A stretch of DNA of 64,000 bases from Candidatus Parcubacteria bacterium (GTDB taxonomy: Bacteria; Patescibacteriota; Minisyncoccia; UBA6257; 2-01-FULL-56-20). This document shows positions 10,097 through 20,614 of this stretch, one piece after another. Below the pieces are notes generated by a model. That model made no database searches and had not been told where the DNA came from. It saw only the letters and a list, made by a program, of their open reading frames with translations. Each line of letters starts with the position of its first letter. Position 1 is the stretch's first letter. Both the position numbers and the translations under genes were made by a program. The DNA is taken from assembly GCA_027355945.1 (NCBI GenBank), contig DAIEHA010000001.1, forward strand, positions 3,390 through 67,389, read 5' to 3'.

Positions 10097-10702
10097 ATGG
10101 CAAGTTCAAAAGATATGACCAAAAAAGGGGGCGGCGAGAGGGCGCTCATCGCGGCGATGCTTGCGGCGGGGGCGGTGGGCGTCATGCCGACGGATACCAT
10201 CTATGGGATCGTCGGTTCGGCACTTGAAGAAAAGACGGTGGAGCGCATCTATCGCTTGAGGAGGCGCAATCGCAAAAAGCCGATGATCGTGCTCATTGCG
10301 GGGATGCATGACCTCCGCCGGTTCGGTATCGTTCCCTCGCCCCGTGCGGCGCGCGTCCTGCGCCGCGTCTGGCCCGGCAAGGTGAGCGTCGTACTCGCAT
10401 GCCCGCCGAGGAGATTTGCATATCTTCACCGTGGCACGGGAACGATCGCGTTTCGCGTGCCCGCATCCGCGCCGCTACGGGCGTTCCTTGCAAGGACGGG
10501 GCCGCTCGTCGCGCCGAGCGCGAACATCGAAGGGGAGGATCCCGCGCGGACGGTTGCGGAGGCGAAGCGGTATTTCGGGGATCGCGTGGAATTCTATGCC
10601 GCCGCAGGACGCGCCGCAGCGAAGCCCTCGACGCTCATCGCGGTCGCAAAGAACGGTGCGGTGACGATGCTGAGAAAAGGGGCGGGAGGGGCGGTTTTAT
10701 GA
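10097..10702 (+). CDS. tsaC: L-threonylcarbamoyladenylate synthase (Sua5/TsaC)
   Basis: PTDTIYG, IYRLRRR..KP, WPG, AFRVP, PLVAPSAN, PST. Confidence 0.9.
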   Translation: MASSKDMTKKGGGERALIAAMLAAGAVGVMPTDTIYGIVGSALEEKTVERIYRLRRRNRKKPMIVLIAGMHDLRRFGIVPSPRAARVLRRVWPGKVSVVLACPPRRFAYLHRGTGTIAFRVPASAPLRAFLARTGPLVAPSANIEGEDPARTVAEAKRYFGDRVEFYAAAGRAAAKPSTLIAVAKNGAVTMLRKGAGGAVL

Positions 10703-10714
10703 TACTATTCATCT

Positions 10715-11713
10715 ATGAAACAAAAATACGATCTGGTGTGCATCGGCGACGTCGTGATGGATGCATTCATCACGCTCAAAGAGGCGAAAGTGGAATGGGA
10801 TAAGGCTCATGAGCACCCCCGTCTTTCCATGGAATTTGCGACGAAGATCCCGTACGAGTCGCTCATGATCGCCACAGGAGTGGGAAACGCATCGAATGTC
10901 GCGGTGGGCGCCGCGCGCCTCGGCATCAATACTGCGATGCTCACATCCGTCGGTGCCGATCATTACGGCGACCAGATCGCGGATATGTACCATAAGGAAG
11001 GGATCAGTACGGAATATGTGAAGGTGAACCGGGGCCTGCCCACGAACTATCATTTCGTGCTCACATACGAGGCGGAGCGCACCATCCTCATCAAGCATCA
11101 GAAATACGCATATACGGATCCCGCGCTACTCGATAAAAAGACCGATTGGGTCTATTTCTCGTCCATTGCGGAGCATACGCTCCCGTTCCATAAAAAAGTG
11201 GGCGAATATCTGAAGCACCATCCTGACGTGCGCATGGGCTTCAATCCCGGCACGTTCCAGCTCCGTTTCGGTGCGAAGGCGCTCGCCTCGATCTATCGTC
11301 ATACGTACGTGCTTTTCGTGAATCGCGAGGAGGCGGCTTTCATTCTGGGAACGAAGAACGAGGATATAGGATATCTTTTCAAAGGACTGCATAAGCTTGG
11401 TCCGAAGATCGTCGTCATCACCGACGGGCCGGACGGCGCATACGCGTCGGATGGCGTCACCCGCTGGTTCATGCCGCCGTATCCCGATGCGAAACCCCCC
11501 GTGTCGAGGACCGGCGCGGGCGATGCATTCTCGACCGGATTCCTTTGCGCCCTTATTTACGGACTTCCCGTGCACGAGGCGCTGCGCTGGGCACCGATCG
11601 AATCGATGCATGTCGTCCAGTTCTTCGGCGCGCAGACGGGGCTTCTCAAGAAGTCCGCACTCAATGCGTTCCTGAAAAAGGCCCCCAAACAATATCAGGC
11701 AAAGACGATATGA
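10715..11713 (+). CDS. PfkB-family carbohydrate kinase
   Basis: GNASNVAVGAARLG, NREEA, TGAGDAF; ATGA overlap with fba. Confidence 0.9.
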   Translation: MKQKYDLVCIGDVVMDAFITLKEAKVEWDKAHEHPRLSMEFATKIPYESLMIATGVGNASNVAVGAARLGINTAMLTSVGADHYGDQIADMYHKEGISTEYVKVNRGLPTNYHFVLTYEAERTILIKHQKYAYTDPALLDKKTDWVYFSSIAEHTLPFHKKVGEYLKHHPDVRMGFNPGTFQLRFGAKALASIYRHTYVLFVNREEAAFILGTKNEDIGYLFKGLHKLGPKIVVITDGPDGAYASDGVTRWFMPPYPDAKPPVSRTGAGDAFSTGFLCALIYGLPVHEALRWAPIESMHVVQFFGAQTGLLKKSALNAFLKKAPKQYQAKTI

Positions 11714-12612
11714 GCGTGAAAACCCTTCGCGAGGTCCTGGCCGATGCCGACACGCGCCACGTGGCCGTGGGCCATTTCAACATCTCAGAGCTTGGCGCGC
11801 TCAAGGGGATCTTTGCCGCCGCGCGCGAGCTGCAACTACCCTTGCTCATCGGGGTGTCGGAAGGGGAACGGGAGTTCATCGGCGTACGCACCGTGGCAGC
11901 GATCATAAAGAGCATGCGCGAGGAGTACGGGTATCCCATCTTTCTCAATGCGGACCACACGCATTCGCTCGAGAAGGCGATCGAGGCCGCAAAGGCGGGA
12001 TTCGATGAGATCATCTTCGATAATTCGTCGTTGTCGCTCGAAGAGGATATCAGGAACACGAAAGAGGCCGTCGCCGCGATCCGTGCCATCGATCCCTCGA
12101 TCGTCATCGAAGGCGAGATCGGCTACATCGGGATGAACTCCGAGGTGATGGAAGTGGCGCCGGAGAACATCGCGCGTTCGACGCCGGAGGATGCCGCGCG
12201 GTTCGTCGCGGAGACAGGGGTGGACGTGCTTGCCCCGGCAGTGGGGAATATGCACGGCCTTTTGAAGACGATGGTGGCGGGCACGGCGCACAAGGAGCTT
12301 GATATCGCACGCATCGGAAAGATCAAAGAGGCGATCGCGGCGCTCCCTGCGAACGCGCAGGGCGGCGGCAGATGGATGACGCTCCATGGAGGTTCCGGGA
12401 CGGAGGATCGTGAGTTCACCGAGGCCGCGCGCGCGGGCATGACGATCATCCATGTGTCGAGCGAACTGAGGCTTGCATGGCGGCGGGGCGTGGAGCAGGG
12501 ACTGAAGGAGAGGCCGGATGAAATCGCGCCGTACAAGATCCTTCCGCCCGCGATCGAGGGGATCCAGGCGATCGTGGCGGACAGGCTCAAGCGCTTCAAC
12601 GGATTGGAATGA
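11710..12612 (+). CDS. fba: Class II fructose-bisphosphate aldolase
   Basis: AVGHFN, NADH, EGEIG, AVGNMHG, LHGGSG. Confidence 0.9.
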   Translation: MSVKTLREVLADADTRHVAVGHFNISELGALKGIFAAARELQLPLLIGVSEGEREFIGVRTVAAIIKSMREEYGYPIFLNADHTHSLEKAIEAAKAGFDEIIFDNSSLSLEEDIRNTKEAVAAIRAIDPSIVIEGEIGYIGMNSEVMEVAPENIARSTPEDAARFVAETGVDVLAPAVGNMHGLLKTMVAGTAHKELDIARIGKIKEAIAALPANAQGGGRWMTLHGGSGTEDREFTEAARAGMTIIHVSSELRLAWRRGVEQGLKERPDEIAPYKILPPAIEGIQAIVADRLKRFNGLE

Positions 12613-12713
12613 GTGGCGGCGCTTCTCTGAGGAGCGGCGATTGACTGCGTTCCTGCGCGGAGGTATCACTAAGGAAGAACCCGATCCCTCCCGGGATCGG
12701 AAGGAGTTTCGCG

Positions 12714-13301
12714 ATGGCAGCTTTCACGCTCGAAGAGCCTTTCCCCGTTCCGGGCCACATGGATCCGGAGCAGATCGACGGGATGCGGGTGACGGATGGC
12801 ATGTGGCGGGAGGACCGCAACTACCATTGTCGCCAGTGCAATTCACCGGCATATCTCAACCCCTATACGAACGCGGTCTGGGGATGCAGAAAGTGCGTCT
12901 TCACCACGCGTTCCGTGTTCGTGTATTTCAAACCGTCGCTCCCTCCCGAGGATCTCGTGATGCGCTTCATGTGCTTCGCACAGAAAAGAGGGGTACGGAG
13001 CTTCCCCGTGTTCGCCGATCGCGCCTGGCAGGAATTCATGAGGGACGTTCGCGGAACGCTCGGCAGCCTTCTTCCTGGATCCACGGAGATCGAGATGGAG
13101 GAGGACGGCGGAGGTCCGCGGATGAAGGATTGCGAACGGATCGCGTTCCAGTTGCGGTTTTCCGCGGAGATCGCACCCCTTGAAAAAGGAATGCACATGC
13201 GGAAAGCCCCGTGGGCGAAAGACCTTGCCCATGAGTTCCCCGAACTCGCGGGGCGCATGTTTGCGCTTGCGGAAGCCACGCCAGGCCTTCTCAGGCGATA
13301 G
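12714..13301 (+). CDS. Hypothetical protein with CxxC...CxxC zinc-ribbon-like segment
   Basis: 195 aa, HCRQC..WGCRKC; AAGGAG SD at 12701-12706. Confidence 0.65.
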   Translation: MAAFTLEEPFPVPGHMDPEQIDGMRVTDGMWREDRNYHCRQCNSPAYLNPYTNAVWGCRKCVFTTRSVFVYFKPSLPPEDLVMRFMCFAQKRGVRSFPVFADRAWQEFMRDVRGTLGSLLPGSTEIEMEEDGGGPRMKDCERIAFQLRFSAEIAPLEKGMHMRKAPWAKDLAHEFPELAGRMFALAEATPGLLRR

Positions 13302-13423
13302 GATGATACGAAGGGCGCTCACGCGCCGATCCCGTGCCCGCCTTTCCCCGGAGGAAAGGCGGCTTTTTACGACAAGGCGCTCCTGCCTTGTCTTTTTGTA
13401 CCTGTTTTGCTATACTCCTCCTC

Positions 13424-14089
13424 ATGGAAACGATTGTTTTGGCGGTAACGCCGCGGGATATCACCGGAAAGAAAGTGCGGTCTCTCCGCAAGGAGGGCAT
13501 GATCCCTGCGGAACTCTACGGACACGGCGTGAAGAACGTGCATCTTGTCGTCTCGGAAAAGGAGTTCGCAAAGACGTACAAGAAAGCGGGTTCGTCCACG
13601 ATGATCACGCTCGATCTCGGGAAGGAGAAGCGCCCCGCGATGATCCACAGCGTCCTTCGCGACAGCGTGCGGGACGACATCCTTCATATCGATTTCTACC
13701 AGGTACGCCTCGATGAGAAGATCAAAGCTCATGTGCCGCTTGAGTTCTCCGGCGAATCTCCGGCAGTGAAGGAGAAGAGCGCGATCATCAACCGCTCGCT
13801 CGCGGAGCTGGAGGTGGAGGCGTTCCCCCAGGATGTGCCGCACACGATCATCGTGGACCTTTCCGCGCTTATCGATATCGACCAGAGCATCTATGTGAAG
13901 GACATCATCCTTCCGAAGGGAGTGGTGACGGACCTCGATGGGGATACGGTGGTGGCGACGGCAACCGAGCCGATCTCCGAAGAGGAGCTCATCGCGCAGG
14001 CTGCGCCCGCCGATGTGTCTGGCGTGAAGGTGGAATCCGAAGAGAAGAAGGCGGAGCGCGAAGCCGAAAAGGCCGCCAAGGAGGAATAA
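13424..14089 (+). CDS. rplY: 50S ribosomal protein L25/CTC
   Basis: LRKEGMIPAELYG, ILHIDFY, VPLEFSGES, IYVKDI; TGCTATACT 7 nt before the ATG. Confidence 0.95.
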   Translation: METIVLAVTPRDITGKKVRSLRKEGMIPAELYGHGVKNVHLVVSEKEFAKTYKKAGSSTMITLDLGKEKRPAMIHSVLRDSVRDDILHIDFYQVRLDEKIKAHVPLEFSGESPAVKEKSAIINRSLAELEVEAFPQDVPHTIIVDLSALIDIDQSIYVKDIILPKGVVTDLDGDTVVATATEPISEEELIAQAAPADVSGVKVESEEKKAEREAEKAAKEE

Positions 14090-14119
14090 GCAGAGACGAA
14101 AAAAGAGACGATCGAAGAA

Positions 14120-14145
14120 GATCCCCGCACCCGCGGGGATTTTTG
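14120..14145 (+). terminator. Intrinsic terminator after rplY
   Basis: ATCCCCGC-accc-GCGGGGAT-TTTT. Confidence 0.75.
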
Positions 14146-14191
14146 CGTCCGAAGTTCCTCTTTTCGGGCATTTTCGTTATACTTAACGATA

Positions 14192-15706
14192 ATGAGGCCG
14201 CCTTTAAAACCAAAGGTGCTTGGAGACGTGTCGTTCCCCAAAAGGGACGGGACGCAGTGGAGCGCATTCAGCTCCCTTCCGGGGAAGATCGATCTCGGCG
14301 CGAAGCCGATGACGATCCGGATCCCACTCACCAAAATAGGGAAATGGACGATCCCCGCGCTTGCGGCGATATTCCTTGCGTTCGGTTCGGCAAGCGCGCC
14401 GACCGCGATCCTCACGAGGGCTGCGGGCGATAATGCATCCTCGACCGTCGCCGCGACGGGAGTCACGAGTACCGACCCTACCGCGGAGCGCACGGCGCTC
14501 GAGGCGCAGCTCCAGCAGCTGCAGGGGCAGATCGACCAATATCAGAGCCAGATCACGAGCTATGAGAGCCAGGGGAAGACGCTCTCGGGCCAGATATCCG
14601 TCCTCAACGCGAAAGTCGCGTCCCTCAATCTCCAGATCCAGGCGACCAATCTCACGATCCAGCAGCTCGATCAGCAGATCGCGGACACCCAGTCGCAGAT
14701 CACCGCGACGCAGGCGGATATTGCGAACAAACAGGCTGCGATCGGGGATCTTATGAAGAACCTTTATCAGACGGATCAGACGAGCCTTGTCGAGATATTC
14801 CTCGAACATCCGCGGCTTTCGGATTTCTGGAACGAGACGCAGGACATCACCCTTCTCCAGGACAATCTCCGCGTGGCGGTGCAGCAGATCACGGACCTGC
14901 AGAGCCAGCTTCAGAATCAGGAGCAGCAGTTCGTGGCATCAAAGAGCGACGCGGCCACCGCGCAGGCCTATGCGCAGGCGCAAGCGCAGGAGGTGTCGAC
15001 GACGAAATCGCAGAAGACGCAGCTTCTTACCGCAACAAAGGGCCAGGAATCGAAGTATCAGACGCTTCTCGCCCAAACGCAGGCGACGGCGGCGCAGATC
15101 AGGAGCCGCATCTTCCAACTGCTCGGCGGAGGCCAGCTCACGTTCGGCCAGGCATATCAGTTCGCGCAGGTTGCATCGAATGCGACGGGTATCGATCCCG
15201 CGTTCATTCTTGCCATCCTCGACCGCGAATCGGCCCTCGGCCAGAACGTGGGGCAGTGCAATTACAAGACCGCGATGAGCCCATCGCAGCAGCCCACATT
15301 CCTCCAGATAACCTCCGCGCTCAACATCGATCCCAATGCGATGATGGTGTCATGTCCGAATGCGGACGGCGTATACGGCGGCGCCATGGGTCCGGCGCAG
15401 TTCGAGCCTTCCACGTGGGAACTGTATGCGGGCGCCGTCTCTAAGATCACGAGCAACAATCCTCCGTCGCCGTGGAGCGATGCGGATGCGTTCGTGGCGA
15501 CCGGGCTCTATCTGAAGGATGCGATGACGGGATGCAGGACGACCTACGTGCGGACGATCGACCTCGAGCGGTGCACCGCCGCGAAGTACTACGCGGGATC
15601 CCGGTGGAGGGGATATCTCTGGACCTATGGCGAGGCGGTGGTCGAGCAGGCGCAGAGCTTCGATGCGGACATCCAAACGCTCACGACGGCGAACAACGGC
15701 TCGTAA
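14192..15706 (+). CDS. Coiled-coil protein with C-terminal lytic murein transglycosylase (SLT-like) domain
   Basis: TM/signal region, long Gln-rich coiled coil, 'AILDRESALG', 'GGAMGPAQFEPSTW', 'AAKYYAG'. Confidence 0.85.
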   Translation: MRPPLKPKVLGDVSFPKRDGTQWSAFSSLPGKIDLGAKPMTIRIPLTKIGKWTIPALAAIFLAFGSASAPTAILTRAAGDNASSTVAATGVTSTDPTAERTALEAQLQQLQGQIDQYQSQITSYESQGKTLSGQISVLNAKVASLNLQIQATNLTIQQLDQQIADTQSQITATQADIANKQAAIGDLMKNLYQTDQTSLVEIFLEHPRLSDFWNETQDITLLQDNLRVAVQQITDLQSQLQNQEQQFVASKSDAATAQAYAQAQAQEVSTTKSQKTQLLTATKGQESKYQTLLAQTQATAAQIRSRIFQLLGGGQLTFGQAYQFAQVASNATGIDPAFILAILDRESALGQNVGQCNYKTAMSPSQQPTFLQITSALNIDPNAMMVSCPNADGVYGGAMGPAQFEPSTWELYAGAVSKITSNNPPSPWSDADAFVATGLYLKDAMTGCRTTYVRTIDLERCTAAKYYAGSRWRGYLWTYGEAVVEQAQSFDADIQTLTTANNGS

Positions 15707-15726
15707 CGAACGATAAAGGAAGAGGA

Positions 15727-17025
15727 ATGGCAACGGCATCCGCAATGAATGTGAGGAAGATCACGCTGAAGAACGGCTTGCGCGTACTTCTCGTACCGCG
15801 TCCTGCGATGCTCGCCGCCACGGTGCTCATCCTCGTGCGCGCCGGGTCCGAATATGAAACGAAGTCGCTAAACGGCATATCCCATTTCCTTGAACACATG
15901 ACATTCAAGGGAACGACGAAGAGGCCGCGTCCGGGGATGATCGCCCATGAGCTCGCGGCGCTCGGGGCCCAGTCGAACGCGTTCACCGATCAGGAATACA
16001 CGGGGTACTATGCGAAAGTGAGGGCCGAGAAGCTCCCGGAGATATTCGAGATCGTATCGGACCTTTATCTCGACCCCGTGTTCGATCCCGGGGAGATCGA
16101 CAAGGAACGGGGTGTGATCATCCAGGAGATCAATATGTATGAGGACGATCTTCCCGTGAAGGCGCAGGAGGTGCTTGGGCGGCTCGTCTACGGGGATCAG
16201 CCGGCAGGATGGGATGTGGGAGGCGATAGGAAGGTGATTGGGCGCCTCACGCGCGATGATTTCATGGGATATCGCGCGAAGCACTATATCGCTGCAGGGA
16301 CGGTGGTCGTGGTGGCGGGGAAATTCCCGGAGGCGGCGACGCGGCGCATGATCGAGGAGCGCTTCGGGGTGCTGCCGCGCGGCAGCGCGGTACGGAAGCC
16401 TCAGACGGTGGAACGGCAGTCGTCCCCAAGAGTGAAGCTTCATTTCCGCAAAACGGACCAGGCGCACCTCGCGATCGCATTCCGCGCGTTCGATATGTTC
16501 GACGAGCGGCGATATGCGCTCCGCGTGGCAGCCGATGTACTGGGAGGGGGAATGAGCTCGCGGCTCTTCATGCGCATCCGCGAGGAGATGGGTGCGGCAT
16601 ATTACGTCGGCGCCGGGACCGATCTTTCGCTCGATCACGGCACGTTCGGCATTTCTGCGGGAGTGGATCATGGAAAGATCGCCGAGGCGATGAAGGGCAT
16701 CTTCGCGGAATGCACCCGCCTGCGGGATGAGGAGGTTCCCGCGAAGGAGCTCAGGAAATCGAAGGACCATATCCTCGGCAATCTCATGCTGGGACTCGAG
16801 ACGTCCGACGATCTCGCAAGCTTCTATGGAAGTCAGGAGATTTTCGGGAGGAAGGTGCTTTCGCCGGAAGCGTATGTGGCGAAGATCAATCGCGTGACCG
16901 CTGCCGGTATCCGCGCTGCGGTGGGAGCGGTGTTCGCGGAGGATCGCCTGAACGTCGCGATCGTAGGACCCTACCGCGACCCGCGTGCATTCCTGAAGCT
17001 CATGAGGCTCGGCAGGAAGGCGTGA
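15727..17025 (+). CDS. M16 (pitrilysin-like) zinc peptidase
   Basis: L.NGLRV, GISHFLEHMTFKGT (HxxEH), NAFT, SSRLF..IRE. Confidence 0.93.
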   Translation: MATASAMNVRKITLKNGLRVLLVPRPAMLAATVLILVRAGSEYETKSLNGISHFLEHMTFKGTTKRPRPGMIAHELAALGAQSNAFTDQEYTGYYAKVRAEKLPEIFEIVSDLYLDPVFDPGEIDKERGVIIQEINMYEDDLPVKAQEVLGRLVYGDQPAGWDVGGDRKVIGRLTRDDFMGYRAKHYIAAGTVVVVAGKFPEAATRRMIEERFGVLPRGSAVRKPQTVERQSSPRVKLHFRKTDQAHLAIAFRAFDMFDERRYALRVAADVLGGGMSSRLFMRIREEMGAAYYVGAGTDLSLDHGTFGISAGVDHGKIAEAMKGIFAECTRLRDEEVPAKELRKSKDHILGNLMLGLETSDDLASFYGSQEIFGRKVLSPEAYVAKINRVTAAGIRAAVGAVFAEDRLNVAIVGPYRDPRAFLKLMRLGRKA

Positions 17026-17089
17026 GCCGGATGTCCTTTATGCACGGAAGGCGTTGCATTTGCGGGCAAATCCTTTATCCTAATGCCAT

Positions 17090-18535
17090 ATGGATTTCTA
17101 TATTACGACCCCCATCTATTATGTGAACGATAAGCCCCATATCGGGCACGCATATACCACGATCGTGGCTGATGCGCTCGCGCGCTGGCGCGGGGCGCAG
17201 GGCGAGCACGTGACCTTTTCGACGGGTATCGATGAGAATTCCCAGAAGACGGTGGATGCGGCGAAGAAGGCGGGAGAGGACGTCCGGGCCTATACGGACC
17301 GCATGGCGGAGGTATGGCAGGATGCGTGGACGAAACTCGGTATCGGAAACACCGAGTTCATCCGCACGACGGAGGATCGGCATCATGAGGTGGTGAAGGA
17401 GATATGGGGGCGCATCGATGCGTCGGGTGACCTCTATAAAGGCACATATGAGGGACTGTACTGCAAGGGGCATGAGGCGTTCATCAAGGAGAGCGATCTC
17501 GTGGACGGGCTTTGCCCGGAACACAGGACCGCGCCGGAGATTGTACGGGAGGAGAATTATTTCTTCAAGCTCTCCGAATATCAGGAGAGGCTTCTCAAGT
17601 TCTATGAGGCGCATGAGGATTTCGTGGTTCCTGCGCATCGTTTCCGCGAGGTGCGCGCGTTCGTGGAGCAGGGGCTTGAGGATGTCAGTTTCTCGCGCGA
17701 AGGGAAGGAGTGGGGGATCCCCGTTCCCAACGATCCTCATCAGGCGATCTATGTCTGGGCGGATGCGCTCGTGAACTATGTGACCGTGCGGGGGATCGAG
17801 GGATGGGAGGAGCATCCCGCCGATGTGCATACGGTGGGCAAGGACATCCTCCGCTTTCATGCGGTGATATGGCCCGCGATGCTCATGTCGGCAGGACTTC
17901 CTTTGCCGGGCCAGATCGCGGCGAACGGGTTCATCACGAACGGCGGCGTGAAGATGTCGAAATCGCTCGGCAACGGCGTCGATCCCCTCGATCTCGCCGT
18001 CCGGTACGGCGTGGATGCGCTCCGCTATTTCCTTCTGAGGGAGATCCAGTACGGAGAGGATGGCGATTATTCCGAGGAGAAGATGAGGGTGCGGTACAAT
18101 GCCGACCTTGCGAACGGGCTTGGGAACTTCGCTGCACGCGTGTTCGCGCTTGCGGAACGGGAATCGTCCGACGGCATACCCGGAATACGCGAGGGGATCC
18201 CCGAAGAGGCGTTCTCCCGGACGATCGCGGCGATGCGCCGCGGCGTGGATGAGAAGATGGCGCAGTTCCGCTTCGGCGACGCGCTCGCTGCGATATGGGA
18301 TGCCGTTTCGTTCGGCGATCGGTATGTGAATGAAAAGAAGATCTGGGAGATCAAGGACGATGCCGTCCGCAAAGAGGCGCTCCTCGGCCTCATCGTGCTT
18401 CTCGAGGGGATCGCCTCGACGCTCGCACCGTTCTTGCCGGAAACGTCGCGGCGGATCGCGGCGGCCGTATCGCGGGAAGAGGGGATCATCCACATAAAGA
18501 GGCCGGAAGCGCTTTTCCCGAGGATCTCGTCATGA
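17090..18535 (+). CDS. metG: Methionine--tRNA ligase (short form)
   Basis: YITTPIYYVN.PHIGH, YVWADAL.NY, GKDI.RFH, KMSKSLGN. Confidence 0.97.
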   Translation: MDFYITTPIYYVNDKPHIGHAYTTIVADALARWRGAQGEHVTFSTGIDENSQKTVDAAKKAGEDVRAYTDRMAEVWQDAWTKLGIGNTEFIRTTEDRHHEVVKEIWGRIDASGDLYKGTYEGLYCKGHEAFIKESDLVDGLCPEHRTAPEIVREENYFFKLSEYQERLLKFYEAHEDFVVPAHRFREVRAFVEQGLEDVSFSREGKEWGIPVPNDPHQAIYVWADALVNYVTVRGIEGWEEHPADVHTVGKDILRFHAVIWPAMLMSAGLPLPGQIAANGFITNGGVKMSKSLGNGVDPLDLAVRYGVDALRYFLLREIQYGEDGDYSEEKMRVRYNADLANGLGNFAARVFALAERESSDGIPGIREGIPEEAFSRTIAAMRRGVDEKMAQFRFGDALAAIWDAVSFGDRYVNEKKIWEIKDDAVRKEALLGLIVLLEGIASTLAPFLPETSRRIAAAVSREEGIIHIKRPEALFPRISS

Positions 18536-19446
18536 AGGAGCAGGAGATCCCATTCATAGACGCCCATACCCACGTCCAGTTCTCGGCGTATGGCGCCCCG
18601 GGGGACCGGGATGCGGTATGCGCGCGCGCAAAGGATGCGGGGGTGCTCATGATCAATGCGGGGACCTGCCGCAGCACTTCGGCTGCCGCGGTGGCATTTG
18701 CGAACGCGCATGCGGCGGACGGCGTCTATGCCGCGATCGGGCTTCACCCCGTGCATACGGGACCGTCCTACCACGACGAGGACGAACTCGGCAGCCAGGA
18801 GGGCGGGAACGCGGAAGATGCACCCGCAGCGCGCGGCGAGGTGTTCGATTATGGATATTATAGAACGCTCGCGCTCGATCCCCGCACGGTCGCGATCGGG
18901 GAATGCGGCCTTGATTATTTCCATCTGAACGACGAAGAACCGCGCGAAATCCAGATCGCGCGGCAGAAGGATGCATTCGCGGCGCAGATGCGCCTTTCGA
19001 AGGAGTCGGGAAAGGCACTCATGATCCATTGTCGGGATGCGTTTTCCGATCTGCGCGCCATGCTGCATGCCGCAGGACCGGAAGGATATGTACCGGGAGT
19101 CGTGCATTTTTTCACGGGTACCGAGGATGATGCGCGCGATCTTCTTGCACTGGGATTTTCGTTCACGTTCGGCGGCGCGATCACGTTCCCTCCCCGCAAA
19201 GGGGCTTCCGAGGGGATGTATGACGGGAGGGTGAGATTCATCCCCGTGGACCGGATCATGTCAGAAACGGACGCGCCCTATGTGGCACCCGTTCCAGTCC
19301 GTGGAATGCGGAATGAACCGGCGTATATTCCTTTCATCGTCGCGAGGATCGCGGCGCTTAAAGGGATCTCCGCGGAGGCGATGAAGGCTGCGATCTGGGA
19401 AAATGCGCAGCGGGTCTTCGGTGTGAAGGCGCCACACGAAGCTTGA
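18532..19446 (+). CDS. tatD: TatD family deoxyribonuclease
   Basis: DAHTH, GLHP, IGECGLDY, IHCR, ETDAPY..P.RG.RNEP. Confidence 0.93.
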   Translation: MKEQEIPFIDAHTHVQFSAYGAPGDRDAVCARAKDAGVLMINAGTCRSTSAAAVAFANAHAADGVYAAIGLHPVHTGPSYHDEDELGSQEGGNAEDAPAARGEVFDYGYYRTLALDPRTVAIGECGLDYFHLNDEEPREIQIARQKDAFAAQMRLSKESGKALMIHCRDAFSDLRAMLHAAGPEGYVPGVVHFFTGTEDDARDLLALGFSFTFGGAITFPPRKGASEGMYDGRVRFIPVDRIMSETDAPYVAPVPVRGMRNEPAYIPFIVARIAALKGISAEAMKAAIWENAQRVFGVKAPHEA

Positions 19447-19482
19447 TGATTTCTTGAGGAGCGGCGTGGTAATCTGCGCTCC

Positions 19483-20574
19483 GTGAGGTTCCGCGCCGCA
19501 TCAATCGCAACGATAGCGTTCCTTGCCGCTGTTGCGGTGCTTTTTGCGGTCGCGGCAGCAAGGGGAGGGGGAGTGGGAGCGGCAGTGTTTGGAGGGAGCG
19601 TGCCGAGGGGCGTACCATCCACGTCATCGTGCGATGCTGCGTGTGCGGTGTTCAGCGAGCCGGAAGCGGGCATCGCGCCGTTCATGGCGCTCGTGCGCGG
19701 TGCATCGAGTTCCCTCGATCTCGTGATGTATGAGCTTGAGGATCCTGCCGTCTTCGCCGCGCTTGCCGATGCCGCGCATCGCGGGGTCGCGGTGCGGGTC
19801 ATCCTGAACAGGAGGTTCTATTCGCCGCGAGGGGCATCGTTCGTGCGGGGGAATCCGAACGAAATGGCGTATGCGGCGCTCATGCGCGCGGATATCCCCG
19901 TGCGATGGGCGCCCCTCGGGTTCACGTATACGCATGAAAAGGCTATGGCGGTCGACGGGACGCGTCTTCTCGTCATGAGTTTCAACCTTGTTCCAAAGTA
20001 CTATCCCACCGGAAGGGATTTCGGGGTGATCGACGAGGACCCCGCAGACGTTGCAGCGATGGAAGCGGTGTTCGATGACGATTGGCACGGCGCGGCGGGA
20101 AAGAGCGGTGCCTCTGCGGCGCCAGGGGATGCGCTCGTATGGAGCCCCGGGTCGCGGGGCGCCCTCGTCGGCATGATCGCCACGGCATCGCGCACGCTCG
20201 AGGTGTATAACGAGGAAATGGCGGATGAGAAGGTGGCGGCCGCGCTCGCTGCAGCGGCGCGTCGCGGGGTCATGGTGCGGATCGTGATGACATGGGCTGC
20301 GGAATGGGTGCCGGCATGGCGCATGCTCGCCGCGGCAGGCGCGCAGGTCCGCACGTATCCCGCCGCTGCGAACGGCCGGTATATCCATGCGAAGATGATT
20401 GTGGCTGATGGCGTGCGGGCATTCGTGGGATCGGAGAACTTTTCGGCGACATCCCTCGAAGAGAACCGCGAACTCGGCGTGATGCTCGCGGTCCCACGCG
20501 GGATCGGGGTGCTCCGCGCGGCATTCGAAGGAGACTGGAATGCCGCGCAGCCGTTCACCCGAAGGGGCGGGTAA
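19483..20574 (+). CDS. Secreted phospholipase D-family protein (two HKD motifs)
   Basis: Signal-like N-terminus; HEKAMAVD and HAKMIVAD; GSENFS..NRE; GTG start 7 nt after TGGTAATCT. Confidence 0.88.
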   Translation: MRFRAASIATIAFLAAVAVLFAVAAARGGGVGAAVFGGSVPRGVPSTSSCDAACAVFSEPEAGIAPFMALVRGASSSLDLVMYELEDPAVFAALADAAHRGVAVRVILNRRFYSPRGASFVRGNPNEMAYAALMRADIPVRWAPLGFTYTHEKAMAVDGTRLLVMSFNLVPKYYPTGRDFGVIDEDPADVAAMEAVFDDDWHGAAGKSGASAAPGDALVWSPGSRGALVGMIATASRTLEVYNEEMADEKVAAALAAAARRGVMVRIVMTWAAEWVPAWRMLAAAGAQVRTYPAAANGRYIHAKMIVADGVRAFVGSENFSATSLEENRELGVMLAVPRGIGVLRAAFEGDWNAAQPFTRRGG

Positions 20575-20614
20575 TGTTGAGAAAACGGGGCATGCAGCGT
20601 AGAATGGGTCCTAT